DNA from: Phoronis australis
Lineage: Eukaryota > Animalia > Phoronida
NCBI GenBank assembly: GCA_002633005.1
Contig: NMRA01000892.1
Location: 1 to 64,000, forward strand
Direction: 5' to 3'
DNA: 64,000 nt
Both the position numbers and the translations under genes were made by a program. The notes under the pieces were generated by a model that saw only the letters and a list, made by a program, of their open reading frames with translations, made no database searches and was not told the origin of the DNA. Shown one piece after another: positions 26,260-38,182 of the stretch (the first letter of the stretch is position 1; every line of letters begins with the position of its first letter).

Positions 26260-26620
26260 CTTCGTATGGACGTTTCGATACTACTCAATATCATCATCAA
26301 GCATATAGTCGGTATGCGAATGTAATTATTATGTACAAAGGCGTGAAAAACAACCAGTCAATTAACACCACACTGCATATTTCAGTACCAAAACTCTAAT
26401 CTTTACCACAGCCCTAGGTTGTATACCCCAATGTTCTTGTTTTAATTAGTGACCCCATATTCCTTTATGAAGAGTGGCTCACGGGTTAACGACCTACTAC
26501 ATTGATTATCTTGGTTTTGGTATTCTACAGGGGCAAACATTTGCATGAATCTTCAGAAAGTGTGAATTGTTTTCTAAGCCAATTCTAGCTTTTATCGCTG
26601 CGAAAGCACAAGCCAACTTT
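26260..26620 (-). mobile_element. Penelope-like element 3' remnant with degenerate minimal hammerhead ribozyme
   Basis: Minus strand C(T)TGATGA-TGATA..TATC-GAAA-CG-TC with TATG/CATA stem I; upstream degenerate GIY-YIG C-terminal-like E.LFIK...N...G.Y.L..W. Confidence 0.5.
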
Positions 26621-26660
26621 TTATGACTTTCTAAAACCGCTCTGAGGTGGTGGCGTTTTA

Positions 26661-26947
26661 CAACTATTAATAAAAGCTCTTGGTCTATTTACACCGACCT
26701 CCTGTCTATTTACATAGTCACGACGTTTTGGTCGGTATATTCTCCGGCCATCGTCAAGTTTTCCCGCGTTCTTAGAAGAACGAGCACGGATATGTGGTAC
26801 ACTCATGGTGTGATTTTTTGTCCGAGGCTGGATTTGAACCCACGACTTCTGAAACTACAGATAATTCGAGTCCAGCACCTTAACCACTACACCACGGAGT
26901 CGACAAGAGGTCGGTGTAAATAGATTAAGAGATTTTAATAATAGTTG
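26661..26947. mobile_element. Foldback element: 46-bp inverted repeats enclosing a tRNA-derived Pol III promoter
   Basis: CAACTATTAATAAAAGCTCTTGGTCTATTTACACCGACCTCCTGTC (26661-26706) vs its reverse complement at 26902-26947; minus-strand tRNA-like 26821-26901 with A box TGGTGTAGTGG and B box GGTTCAAATCC. Confidence 0.7.
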
Positions 26948-27866
26948 CGGCTTTTTATGATTCGTCGGACATTCGGCCAAGTACGTATTATAGAGTGTGT
27001 ACGAATTGAATAGCTTGAGCTGAGGTATCATCAACAAATTCTTATCAGGGTAACTGATGATTATTTGAAGTACGCAAAAGTCATGAGACTAAATAACAGC
27101 TTGTGAATGCAACGAAATCAGAAAGAACAAGTCTACTGACAAAACCCCAATGCTAATTCTACTGAATATTATGAATGGAATAAGACAGTCAGAGACTGCC
27201 TTAGGGCGTAGTCAGAGCCGAGAATTTGAATAAATATAGACACCTTTCTATGCATAAATAACACTAAAATGTTGAATTAGAATAAGGACTTAGACTTAAG
27301 CTGACCAGTGTACTGATGACCATTTTAAACAAATAATCATATCAATCACAATTAAACGGATTCCCTGGAAACAGACTTGCATGAAATTGTACTCTGTACG
27401 TGAACCTGCTTTTCATTGGCTAACGTAAACCACATTAGCCAGACATTAACCAACGACTAGAGTCGTGTTTACTTGGGTACCTCGTTATCATAAGGTAAGC
27501 TTGAAGGGGATCATCCAAAATTAAAACTTTAACAACTTCGTTGATTTGAAATTTTGAGCGTGGAAAACCCCCCGAACAGCGATCACTGATAGTTTTGGGT
27601 TATTGCGATATGCGGGTTGTTTGATTCTAACCTCTAACTATGCCATCGAGACTTAGTTTGAAAGGCTTACCCAGTTTTGACTGATACGCAATTTTACCAT
27701 TTGCAGTAGGACCACATCTGACAAAGCGTACATACTAAGAAGTAACTACAAAAACAGGGGTTTTAGTACATGTAAAACTATCTGAATTTTTTCGCTTTCT
27801 CATTTAATCATGTCGATTAGCCTCTGTACAAAGCTCTTTAACAAAAACAACCACGGTTTTAAATCG

Positions 27867-27913
27867 ACTTGACATGTTTCGGTGTCATTTATTCAACCAC
27901 CATCATCAAAAGT
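27867..27913 (-). ncRNA. Minimal type-I hammerhead ribozyme of a Penelope-like element
   Basis: ACTT-TTGATGA-TGGTG-loop-CACC-GAAA-CATG-TC-AAGT: stems I and II pair, palindromic stem III CATG, GUC cleavage triplet; core has U in place of C3. Confidence 0.65.
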
Positions 27914-27984
27914 GAGAACATAGTGGCCACCTAGCTAGGCACAGCAACAAGTTATGAAGCACAGTTACAGGGAGTGACAATAAA

Positions 27985-28190
27985 CTAAACCAACAATGAC
28001 AACCTGTTTTGTGCCAGTTGCCTATTAAGATTGGGCTTGCACCAACTGATGTGTAGAGCCTCAAGAATTTTAAGCTCCTTAGTTGTTTGTGCTTGGTCTA
28101 TTATTGCAAAGTTACTGAAAGAGCACTGCTGATAACAACGATTGGAGGTCTGTAGATGAATATTTACATATGAACATCTACCAGAATTTA
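27985..28190 (-). mobile_element. Penelope-like element GIY-YIG endonuclease C-terminal remnant
   Basis: HL...C...FAIIDQAQTTKELKILEALHISWCKPNLNRQ...LSLLV-stop, followed by the hammerhead motif. Confidence 0.8.
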
Positions 28191-28893
28191 GATGTACCCT
28201 GGTCCTCGGCGAATTGGGCAAAAAGGCCCGTCTCAGTGAAACAAAAAGTCCAAATAAACGAAAAAAATGTTCACAAAATCCCACGGGAAGTCGGCGCGGA
28301 TACACAATTCGTGGGCCTGAACCCAGAAGTCACGTTTTTTTAGTCCTCTATGATTTCTTTCAATAAAACGTCCTCACGCAGAAAAAATCGACCCCCCCTG
28401 TTCTTTAGGCTGAGTGCGCGCATGGATTACACACCAGGACTCGCATAACAAACCCGAAACGAATAATTAAAACGGCAAACACGCGGAAACCTTTCAAAGG
28501 TTTGCTTAGTGGGCTAATAGAAAGACAAAGCCAGAAACCCACCCACCCGTCGTGGCAGTGCATGGGCGTAGGTTCACCTTTTGCAAACTGCAATGGAAAA
28601 AGAGTGGACCTAGTGGACCTGTCTGCGGCACTGCGCTGACGACTGAAATAAAGGTTGAGATCTTGGCCACTTTCTTCTAATATAAAAGTATCTTTAACGG
28701 AAGAATATGCGAGGAACTTGGACAGTCCAATCCGCCCGCTGATTCCCTGTGTGTAGAGAACACGCAGGTACCAGTAGCACGCGTTTTATCATTGGTTGAT
28801 GTAACCTCGGTAGTCATTGGCCAGCTTTACAACAAAGAAAGAACATGGCGGACTAAGAATGATATTTTAGCCTTGTCATGCAAGTGGCGTAAC

Positions 28894-29049
28894 CTGTGGC
28901 GGATTTAGGGGGGGGGGCCATGCCCCCCCTAAAATATTCCAGATTCCATTTGGCAGTTTGGGGATGCGAATGCCTGAGGGGCAAAATCCTGGCTAATAGT
29001 CTGCCCTGCCCCCCCTCCCCCCTAAATCATAATCCTGGATCCGCCCATG
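28894..29049. mobile_element. hAT5-like MITE with 5-bp TSD
   Basis: Termini CTGTGGCGGATTTAGGGG ... CCTGGATCCGCCCATG; TSD GTAAC (28889-28893, 29050-29054). Confidence 0.75.
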
Positions 29050-30329
29050 GTAACAGCAACTATTTCGTTTCTGCAGTAATGTTTAATATATAGCCGCGTG
29101 CTTGAAACACATACATTTACAATCAACACACATATGGCCGATTTAACCGCTGTGTTATTCACACTGTGTTAATACAGGACAGCAACGTACACAAAACTCA
29201 GCGACAGTAGAAAAATACACCCCGAAAAGGTGCAACCACGATTTTCTGATTCACATTTCTTGAACATGAACTAAGCACCGATTTGTCTGTACAACAGACC
29301 ACATTTATACTTCCTCCATCAGTCATGCCACTTGCCAATCAAAAGCGCCGCTTTAAAAAATTTCCCGGGAAATTAAATGAAACTTGCATGTTCTCTACCC
29401 CCAAGCGGACACGCAAGAAACCAGCGAAAGTCCAGTCGTTGTGTTTTCACCGTAAGTGAAGGGACGCTACTGCACATACGGAGAACTCGTACGCGACGGC
29501 GAAGTGTTGCGGATAAAATGCCGAGGTCGCGCATTTGCTTCACTCGAATTTCGGGAAATTCTTCAGCGTTTACATCTGCCAAATATTGAGCACGCCACCT
29601 AGTGGGCGTAAGCAGTAAAGGCAGTCGGCGGACGAATACCTCCAAATAATATTTGACTTCCAGAATGAACTTGAGTTCGTTCGCCATATCGACTTCGATG
29701 GACTGAAGCCACGACTCAATAAGTCATAGAAAAAAACACTGGGATTCTGCGGCGCACAACTCGGCGCTTTTCCGTCGCGGGAACGAAATGGAAGGAGGCG
29801 TCGGGTGGAAGCGACTGTCCGCTTTCCTACGGACTCGAAGCCAGCCTCCGGGCCTCGTGTTAACATTTAAATATATAGATGTTTATAATGTATTGTGTTG
29901 CAATGTTATACATTACATTTATGAAAACCCTGCCTTAGCTAACACATGTCAAATATCGAATCTTTTCTACTTGCTTTATTAAACTTGATTAAAAAAAAAC
30001 ACTGTATACGATGTTGGATAGCTTTACAGACACTTTCTCGTATTCCCTGTACAGTTATAATTAGAATGTGGTAACACACAGTGTGAGACCTACAATCCAC
30101 TGGCGGAACGCAGCATGCGGTTGACTCCTGTAAGCTGCTCATTTAGCACAGGATTTTCCAAAAAAGGAGGTTATGCTCATGAAAGATTTATAAATAAGTT
30201 TAAGAAGTTGAGTAAAGGCATTGTCAATTTGGAAATGCATTTTGTTTACAACTATGAATTAGACGTGTCGAATGATAGTTCCAGGAAACGGGGATCACCA
30301 TGGTGATCTATGCACATGCTAAATTAAGG

Positions 30330-30640
30330 GTAGATCCGTCAAGGGACGCGAAACATACGGCGCAAAAACTCAGTTAATTGGAGACCAGACCTCGGAAAAT
30401 CTTGAGTAACTCCACCACGGTAAACCTAAAGTAGAGAAAAATATCTTGCGTCCGATTTTAAGTAAAACACAAAAGCCCTCGAGCTATTTACGAGACACAT
30501 GTTGTGTGTAAATTTCACGTTGATCGAATAAGAATTGCGATATGTAGCGTGTGAACAAAGAAACAAACATACACACACGCACACACACACATTTTATAAC
30601 AAAGCAACAGACTTGAAGAAATTCCATTTCACCAAGTAAA
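30330..30640. mobile_element. Possible Helentron-associated (DINE-1/HINE-like) non-autonomous element with CA microsatellite
   Basis: AAATTTCACGTTGATCG followed by an ACAA/(CA)n microsatellite (30560-30591) and a short 3' hairpin-like end. Confidence 0.35.
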
Positions 30641-31189
30641 AATCAATACTCTAGTTCAAAATGTTAAGCAGTTATTAGCTGTGAGCCACCTGCATATCTT
30701 AGCCAGGCGACTGTGATTTCAAATGCGGGAAATGTCTGCAAACAAGGAACCCCTCCTTTCCGCTTGCCCATGGATAATCTGATTCCCTTTTCTGAAAAAA
30801 TGGGGTTTTTCTTGATTTCTCTCGCTCACTCAACTGTTTGCAGCTAATTTCCTATTACACGTCAACATGTGTTTTGACCTAGAGGTAGCCACTCGACTAC
30901 CAAGGGCTTTACCCTATACCAACTTAACTCGGAAATCATACGTTTTCCTCGGTCAATTTCTTTATAGAATTGGGCCTTGTTATGATTATTTCAAACAAAT
31001 TTAAACTTCCGTCGAAAATTAATTCCTTTTGTTTCACAAGCAAAACTGCCATCATGGTTAGAAGCAGGTAGAACTTTAAAACTGTTTGAGGCGCATGTCG
31101 TGACAATCAACTTCTGTAGGTAGATTAAGGGCCAATGACACCTGTAATAGAGAGACATTGTCTTCTCATGGTAATGCAGCATTAGTACT

Positions 31190-32232
31190 GATTAAAATGC
31201 TCCAACGCAAATGCCTTGCGCCACCAGTTGTTTTTGACATTTTGACAATATGGTTCTCCCAATCCTCAATTATGGTGCTGAAGTGGGGGGTCCAAAGAGT
31301 ATCGTATATTGAGAAAGTCCATATAAAATTCTGTAAAAGCCTATTAGGTGTCGGTAGAAGTTATAGCAATAGCGCCGTATTAGGTGAACTTGGGAGATAT
31401 CCACTATTTGTGAAGCTGTTTTTAAAGTTGATCAAATGTTGGTTAAAGATAGTAAAACTACCGGCTTCAAGCAACCCCAAAATAGTCTACTATATGCTTG
31501 TAAAGTTAGATGAGTCGGTAAGATCAACATGGGCCACTTCTGGTAGGACGTTTTAAATAGATATGGTGTCAGGATTGTTTGGTTTGAACAAGGCGTTGGA
31601 TGGGAAGAATTATTCCTAAATACTTTTAAACGAAGAGTCAAGGATTGCTTTGTGCATGAATGGAACACAGACGTAAGAAATAATGTAAAATTGTGTAGAT
31701 ATTCACTTTTCAAAACGACGTTTAATCTTGAAACATATTTGTCTTTCAACTTACCTCGCTGCTTTATCAGTTCCTATGCAAGATATCGTTGTTCAAACCA
31801 CAGACTGATGGTCGAGGTAGGTTGACACTTACCAATCGATAAAGACCTCCAAATATGTTCTTTGTGTAAACAGAACCTTGGTTATAATTTTATTGAGGGT
31901 AAATATCAATTTATGTACACACACCCATTTTATGACGATCTAAGAATTAGACTGTTACCTAGAATATACTGGACCACGCCGACCAATCGTGGATTTCTAA
32001 GATTAATGAAAATTTCTGATCATAGTGTGCTTATAAAGGTAATCAATTTTAAATATCATGCTCCTGTTTTAAAACAAAAACTACTTGACGATTGAAACTA
32101 CTACACATGCGTATGCGTATTTACTGTATTGTATTGGTGTGTTCATGCGTATTTAATTTATTTCATTGTTGTGTTTGATATTTAAGTACTGTGGGCCGAT
32201 GGCCTCGAGTATGAATAAATGAAAAAATAAAT
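31190..32232 (+). mobile_element. RTE-X/Proto2-like LINE 3' remnant
   Basis: YGAEV.G...IEKVHIKFCKSLLGV..SNSAVLGELGRYPL; RCSNHRLMVEVG..ICSLC...E..Y.F....PFYDDLR; AATAAA-repeat tail; many stops and frameshifts. Confidence 0.75.
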
Positions 32233-33214
32233 CCTATACTGCTATAGAAGACTAAGCGTCAGAACAAAAATTGAAAGGTCACAGAAACGCATAGCAACGT
32301 TTCAACACACAATAAGTAGTACTAAAGCTGAAGCTGCTGAAAATGACACAGATGTTACCCAAGATTTCCCAAGAAAATCAATTAGACTTCCAAAATCCGA
32401 AACCCCAAATTAACCTGAAGTTCATACACTCTGACAAACGAGTGCATCATTTGCAAACAGGAAATGTATGTTATGGACCACATTTCAAGAAAGAGAAGGA
32501 AGGAACATCTTCCTAGCTTTGATTACAAAACAGGTATGTGTTTTGTAACGTTCATCTTATTGTTTTCCTAGTGTGTTCGGTATTTTCACCAGTTGTTTTT
32601 TAACTTGTTCAGTCCCTAGACTGCCCAGGCTTTGGACAATAGCACTGTCTCAACTGGCCCAGTAGAGATGGTAGCCATGTCATAGGTCCTCCATATGCCG
32701 GAAGCTTTTCGGCGAATTATGCATCACTGATGAAACCATCGAAGTCATGTTTCTATAAGTTTATAATTTACCATTGAGCACTAGAGGGAGTCCGTTAATT
32801 TCTTTATTTGTTGAACAAATAGTCCTGGAGTCCTGTCTTTCAAACAGTTCGTCGTTGCCTAAAATCGACACTTGGCCACTTTTACACTGCTGTCGTCAGG
32901 AGATAATCATATAGCATTATACTGCGGGTGTGATTTAAGCACTTTAAATCGCGAGCTTTTTTGAGAAGGTTAAATGGAGTAGATGGCAGCGTTTTGTGTG
33001 TTTAGAAAGTAAAAAATGACAATTATAAACAACACAGATCTAGGTTCTCCTGTCAGTATTTCACGGAAGAATACTTCGAATTTATCTCCGAACAGACCCC
33101 AAAGTCTTGCTACGGACCTTGGTAAATTGGCCTGCTGCACTTTGTAGGCTGTGTCCAAATACCAATAAATCTGTAACAGCGAAATAAAACAACATGTTTT
33201 TATAAGAACTCGGT

Positions 33215-33460
33215 GTAATTTCACGTCGAAGTGTGATGATTTATTGGTGTTAAGCGATGAATTCAAGTGATAAGCTGACACCAGTAACCCGTGTTGAGTG
33301 CTGAACACACTGCGTGTGAAACCAATGACGTCGTTGGATAATTTCAACACCTCTGTCTGCCGTCAGGTGTCAGGTAACGCAACCGAACGTGCTGTTATCC
33401 AGTAGAACTACTCGATCTAAATTGATACAAAATAGGTTGTTTTTTGGGTGGCATTCTCCT
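33215..33460. mobile_element. Right-end copy of the Kolobok-like element at 22782-23912
   Basis: High identity to 23660-23912, ends TGGCATTCTCCT|TTAA. Confidence 0.8.
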
Positions 33461-36094
33461 TTAATTACTTAGAGGTAGGTAACTGCACTGGTTACCGTGA
33501 AAGTGCCCAAGTGGCTGGCATCCCTGTCGTAATCTGAGGACAGGGGAAGCCCCTGCCCATTTTACCAAACGTTCTGTCAACATATTGACTAGGGTATGAC
33601 CATCTGATCAAAAAATAACTTTGAATCACTGCATTAGCACACCAGCTGACTTATTTTCAGTCGCATCAAGTAATCTAATTGTCAGACGGTCATGATTTTT
33701 AGGCGATAGATCGGACGGCATGTAAATGTGTTAGGCTGGTGGTGGATCAATTCCTGATGAGACCATCTGAACAATTTACACGCCAAGACACTGGTACAGT
33801 GTAGTTAAATGTTAAATTAGTGCTAACAGTTGGCATTTTTTCAGCTGGACTTGAATCGCACAGCTCAGTCCGGAGACCTGAATATACAAATGAAATTCGA
33901 GGATAAAGACCGCCGGTGTTGCTTTTAAAGAAGACAAGTTCCACACGTCATGCTTTAAAAATAGAAATACAAAGATCATGAGGAGTTAAGAATCCATAGT
34001 TTTCAGTAATGTTTTTCTACAGATTTGTTTAGAGTTCATTGAATCAAAGCTTCTAACACATGGAGATATCATTTGCCTTTCAAAACTAAAGCAAGACTTT
34101 GAAGCCATGCTTCAGTTATGCATGAAGTTATTTGGACTCACAATCTCAAGAAACGATCGTTGAGGCTATACCAACAACTGCAGTTTGTGCTCAATTAAGA
34201 GATACGAAAGTGATTTGGATCTAGTGTTCAATGACTCACTCGCTGACAAACCAATCAACACAGCCCATTATAACATGTTTTGAATCAAACATTTGCCCGA
34301 ATCCTGCCTGTTTCCAAACAAGGACTCTGTGTTTGACTCTTCATTGTCACCCTGATTGTATGGGGGACAGTACTGTACATGCAGCCTCTTTAATAGGCCT
34401 TACACTGTAGTTGACTACTTGGCGGTGGAGGTTTGCGGTTATAATGTTCAGCAATGCCCACACCTCCATTTACCGTACTCAACGATGTGCGCTGCAAGTT
34501 CAAATTGAACATGTGTGTGGGGAAACTGAGTTTGTGCTGCAATGCGGGGTCAGACTGTAGAGAAATGTTCAGTTGTGACTACTGTACTGACATCAGCAAC
34601 ACTAACTGTATAACATTGGACAATTCTTTGACAATGAAGATGGCATATTTTAAGTTAACCGTAAAAAGACCGCCAGTTTCTCCATCCTCGTTATTTCGTT
34701 ATATTTTTGTGTCAAAACGTATGAGCTGTGAATTTTATTTGTTGATTACGTCACAGAAAGTACACGCTTTGATCATTGCCATGTATTTGTCTTAGACTGC
34801 TTGCTAGACACCGTCAGAATAACCTACTCATGTAGTCGATGTGCACATTCACAGATATCATTTAGCTTTTCTGTATTTGTTCAGCCTATTTCTGTTATGT
34901 TATGCAAACAAATTGCATTTTATTCCATTAATCAATAGTACAGTCACTTACACACATAGTTTAAGTACTCTTGAGTGTACTGTGTAATTATGTTTATCAA
35001 GCAATGTCATACAGGTAACTCATAGTAACATTCAGATTTAGTTCGTATTTCTGCCACTAGGTGTCATTTTACATTTTTTTAAATTTCACGGTTTGCAACT
35101 CTTCTACAAAAGTGAAACATGTAATGTGAGTGAATTATTGTTAAGTGCAATGAAATTAATGAGAAGGATTACTTGCTTTATAAACAGGTAGGAAGAGTGT
35201 TATTTTTACAAATATAAGATCACTAAGGTCATTGCTAATTATTACATTACTTCAAACCCAAATTTCTCGAAAATGTGCAATTTTATATTGGAGAACTTTA
35301 TATATTTTGAAAACACACTAGTAAATTAATTAAAAAACACCAAAATAAAATTGTCCTCCTAAAGTACTCACAAAAAGTATTTTCTAGAGGCCCTACAAAA
35401 CTTGGCCCACCGCCTATTTTCTTTGTTAATAGCATTGCCTTCAAGAGACGCAGGGAGCCTATTCACTGCTTGTTCTGTGTTTTAACTTCGCCTTAGCCAA
35501 CACGAGGAGGATATTTTATGAAGATTACAAACATTACGCCGGCATTGCAGCTTACACCTGCAACCAGGGCAACCGTTAAATAAACAACAGTATAGCGTAA
35601 ATAGGGGTACAAATATTTGAAGCCTTAATGTAAACGCGGGTCAATATTATTCTATACTATTGAAACACAAAATAGATTGCGGTATTGCAATACGCTACGC
35701 CATCACACGTCAAAACATTTCGTCAGTCTAACTCGAAACATCATCATCAATGGAAACAAAAGACACCAGTAAGGCGAACAATGAAAAAATCAAATTGCTT
35801 TAAAACCACAGCACCAAAATCATACGGGTGAGTTTTGTTTAATTTAACATATTGATATCCTCTGCTGAGAACAGCAGGAACGTATAAACTTTACAGATAT
35901 CCTCTCATACACACTTATTGCCTATAATAATGATTTTTAAGCGAACTCCTCACGCTGCACGGATTACTTTAATTAAAAAAATCACCAAAACCTCTTCTGT
36001 GCTCAGGGTACATTCAATACTGCAGTCTTGTTCCGCCATAATTCAAAAAATTAAAATTCTTAATTACGCATCTATCTTTTTAGAAGTGTGTTCT

Positions 36095-36210
36095 TATTTT
36101 TTACACATTTATTATCATTGATAAACAAGTACAAAAACAAACAAGAGTATGCACACCCATTCATTCACGCATGCACACCTCAGGAGAGACCGTTCTCGTA
36201 TATCACACAT
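36095..36210 (-). mobile_element. Short 3' UTR fragment of the Tx1-like LINE family at 16870
   Basis: TTTATTATCATT...ACAAAAACAAACAA...CCATTCATTCACGCATG.ACACCTCAGGA..GACC.TTCTC shared with 16870-16965. Confidence 0.7.
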
Positions 36211-36589
36211 TTGTGTGAACTCAAGATATTTATCTTTTATTCTATACTCGAGTACATAACGGCTGGCTCTTAATCATCCCAGCATTTGGGCTAAAATTTT
36301 AAGTTTGTATTTGAAATTTCGGGTTTTCACTAGAAATCTGGAGCTTTTGCCAGAGTTTTTAGCTCGAATTTAGCAGTCATCAAGTACGATACTGAACTCG
36401 CAAAGAGTGGTTAAAATTACTGCAAAGGGCACCTTTCCCTACCGCAGACAGATTTTTAAAATGGTTATATGTATTTTAAAACTTTGATAGATAGAAACTG
36501 ACTTTTGACAACGCTGAATCTTTGGGCAATTCTTCAAGCTTAATGGGCGAAAAAGACAGCTGTCCAAGAATACGAAATGGTAAACCTTG

Positions 36590-36660
36590 TGGAATTAATC
36601 CCCATTAAAGGGTTGCCCTTTACGGAACAAAACTACGAAAAGGCTACATTTTCATTGAAC
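36590..36660 (+). mobile_element. Possible BEL/Pao gag (DUF1759-like) fragment
   Basis: IKGLPFTEQNYEKA resembles I.GL.LT..NY..A; very short. Confidence 0.3.
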
Positions 36661-37308
36661 TCCCAACCTTGGACCACAACCTCTGTTTGGGTCCCTATGG
36701 GGCTTCATTGAGTCACTGTCTAAATGGGTGAGGATTCCCCCAGTACTAGATTATCCATCAAACTAAAGTTTAGGGACCATTCGGGACGCCTGTCAGCTAC
36801 AAATTTACCCTCAGAACATGTGGAACCTCTCGGCTATTCACGTAGCTACAAATTTCTCCTCGGAACTTTCGGATGGTCTTTGGTATTTGCATAATTTCCC
36901 TTCGGAACACTTCAGGTATTTTTGGAGCCTCAAATATTCTCTCGGAGATGAACCTTATCTGCGTGTGCGCAGACTTCCAAAATATGGCAGGTCACGTGAC
37001 TATCAATTTCGAGAATAACAGGCTGACTGAAGTTCACACACGCGCAGATAGCGTTCACCTTTTAGATGTAACTTGAGGTTACGAAAATTCTTGAGGTGTT
37101 CCGAATGTCATTGGAGTTGAATATTTTCGATGCATGCTCAAACTTCGGTCATTATGGCTAATCATTCTCCAGTTTGAAAGTCACGCAGATCACCTCCAGG
37201 GAAGAAATAAATACCCAAGTTGTTGTAAAGGGCTTAGGACCTTCCAGTTGTGCAGGGGCCCCATCCCAAAGCAACAGAATGGAGGTTGACAGAGGGCAAT
37301 CAAAAGCA

Positions 37309-37450
37309 AGATTACTTTACGCCGCAAATAATTACTTAGGCCGAAAATAATTACTTTACGCCACAAGTAATTATTTTACGCCGTTAAAAGTTACTTCACG
37401 CTGAAACTAATTACCTTAAGCCACCAACATGAATTAACTTACGCACGTAC
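37309..37450. repeat. Minisatellite, ~20-bp unit AATTACTTTACGCC(G/A)(C/A)AA.T
   Basis: Six to seven degenerate tandem units visible. Confidence 0.75.
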
Positions 37451-38182
37451 AATAAACAAATTTATACCCACTTAATACAGAAACTATATAAAAAAACCCA
37501 AATTTGAGAAAAAAAAAACAGTTGAATACCGTAATTCCCCGTGAGTGGTGGAGAAAAGCTTATTCTTATTCTATTAACTTTTCTTGTGATATCCAGCTTA
37601 AATGGTTTCAAATACGTTTAACTCACAGACTACTCGGAACCAATAAGTTTTTGAGTAAGATTGGTGTTAGAAATTCAGATACTTGTACTTTTTGTAATTC
37701 TCATTCTGAAGACCTTTTTCACTTGTATTGGTCTTGTTTACGTGTCCAAAGTTTTTGGAAAACAGTTGAAAACTGGATAAAAAACTTCTGCGGAATTGAT
37801 ATGAAACTTGATCATTTTTACGTAATATTTGGCTCCTTTAATGGACCAAAAATCATAAATCTACTTTTATGTTTAGGCAAGTACCACATACACAAGCAAA
37901 GACTTCAGAATGTAGAACCATGTTTTGCACTTTTTAAACATTCTGTTTTTGATTACTACAAAGTAGAAAAGGTTATGTACTATAACCAGTGCAGGTATCT
38001 CGACTTCGAGGAACGATGGGCCCCTCTAGCACCTTTATTTTAATTTACACTACATACAACCAATGGCCCCCCTGTGTATGAATGTGAGCGTGACTGTGTG
38101 CGTGAATGTTTATAATGTTTGGCTTTATTGTATTTGCATTACGATAACAATAAAACTTTTTGACTAAAAAAAAAAAAAAAAA
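37451..38182 (+). mobile_element. 5'-truncated L1/Tx1-clade LINE with poly(A) tail and 15-bp TSD
   Basis: ORF 37504-38043 LKWFQIRLTHRLLGTNKFL...CTFC..HSEDLFHLYWSC (zf-RVT); AATAAA plus poly(A) 38166-38184; TSD AACTTACGCACGTAC (37436-37450, 38183-38197). Confidence 0.9.

Larger units (their letters stand above)
30990..35416 (+). mobile_element. Academ-like DNA transposon remnant (interrupted by LINE and Kolobok fragments)
   Basis: Fragments CIICK...SRKRRKEHL (32440-32533), IN.A.YNMF...E..L.P.KD...LH (34250-34350), Cys-rich VL..VRC..K...C...C(C)..G.DC.EM..C..C (34454-34600); right terminus reads TAGGCGGTGGGCC on the minus strand (TAG end); related GGGCCTCTAGAAAA piece near 45570. Confidence 0.55.

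Noticed and set aside
26821-26901. Functional tRNA-Ser(CGA) with intron
   Set aside because: Acceptor and T stems do not pair and there is no long variable arm; better explained as a tRNA-derived promoter.
29373-29866. CpG-rich overlapping ORFs as a gene
   Set aside because: No recognisable domain or consistent splice structure in any frame.
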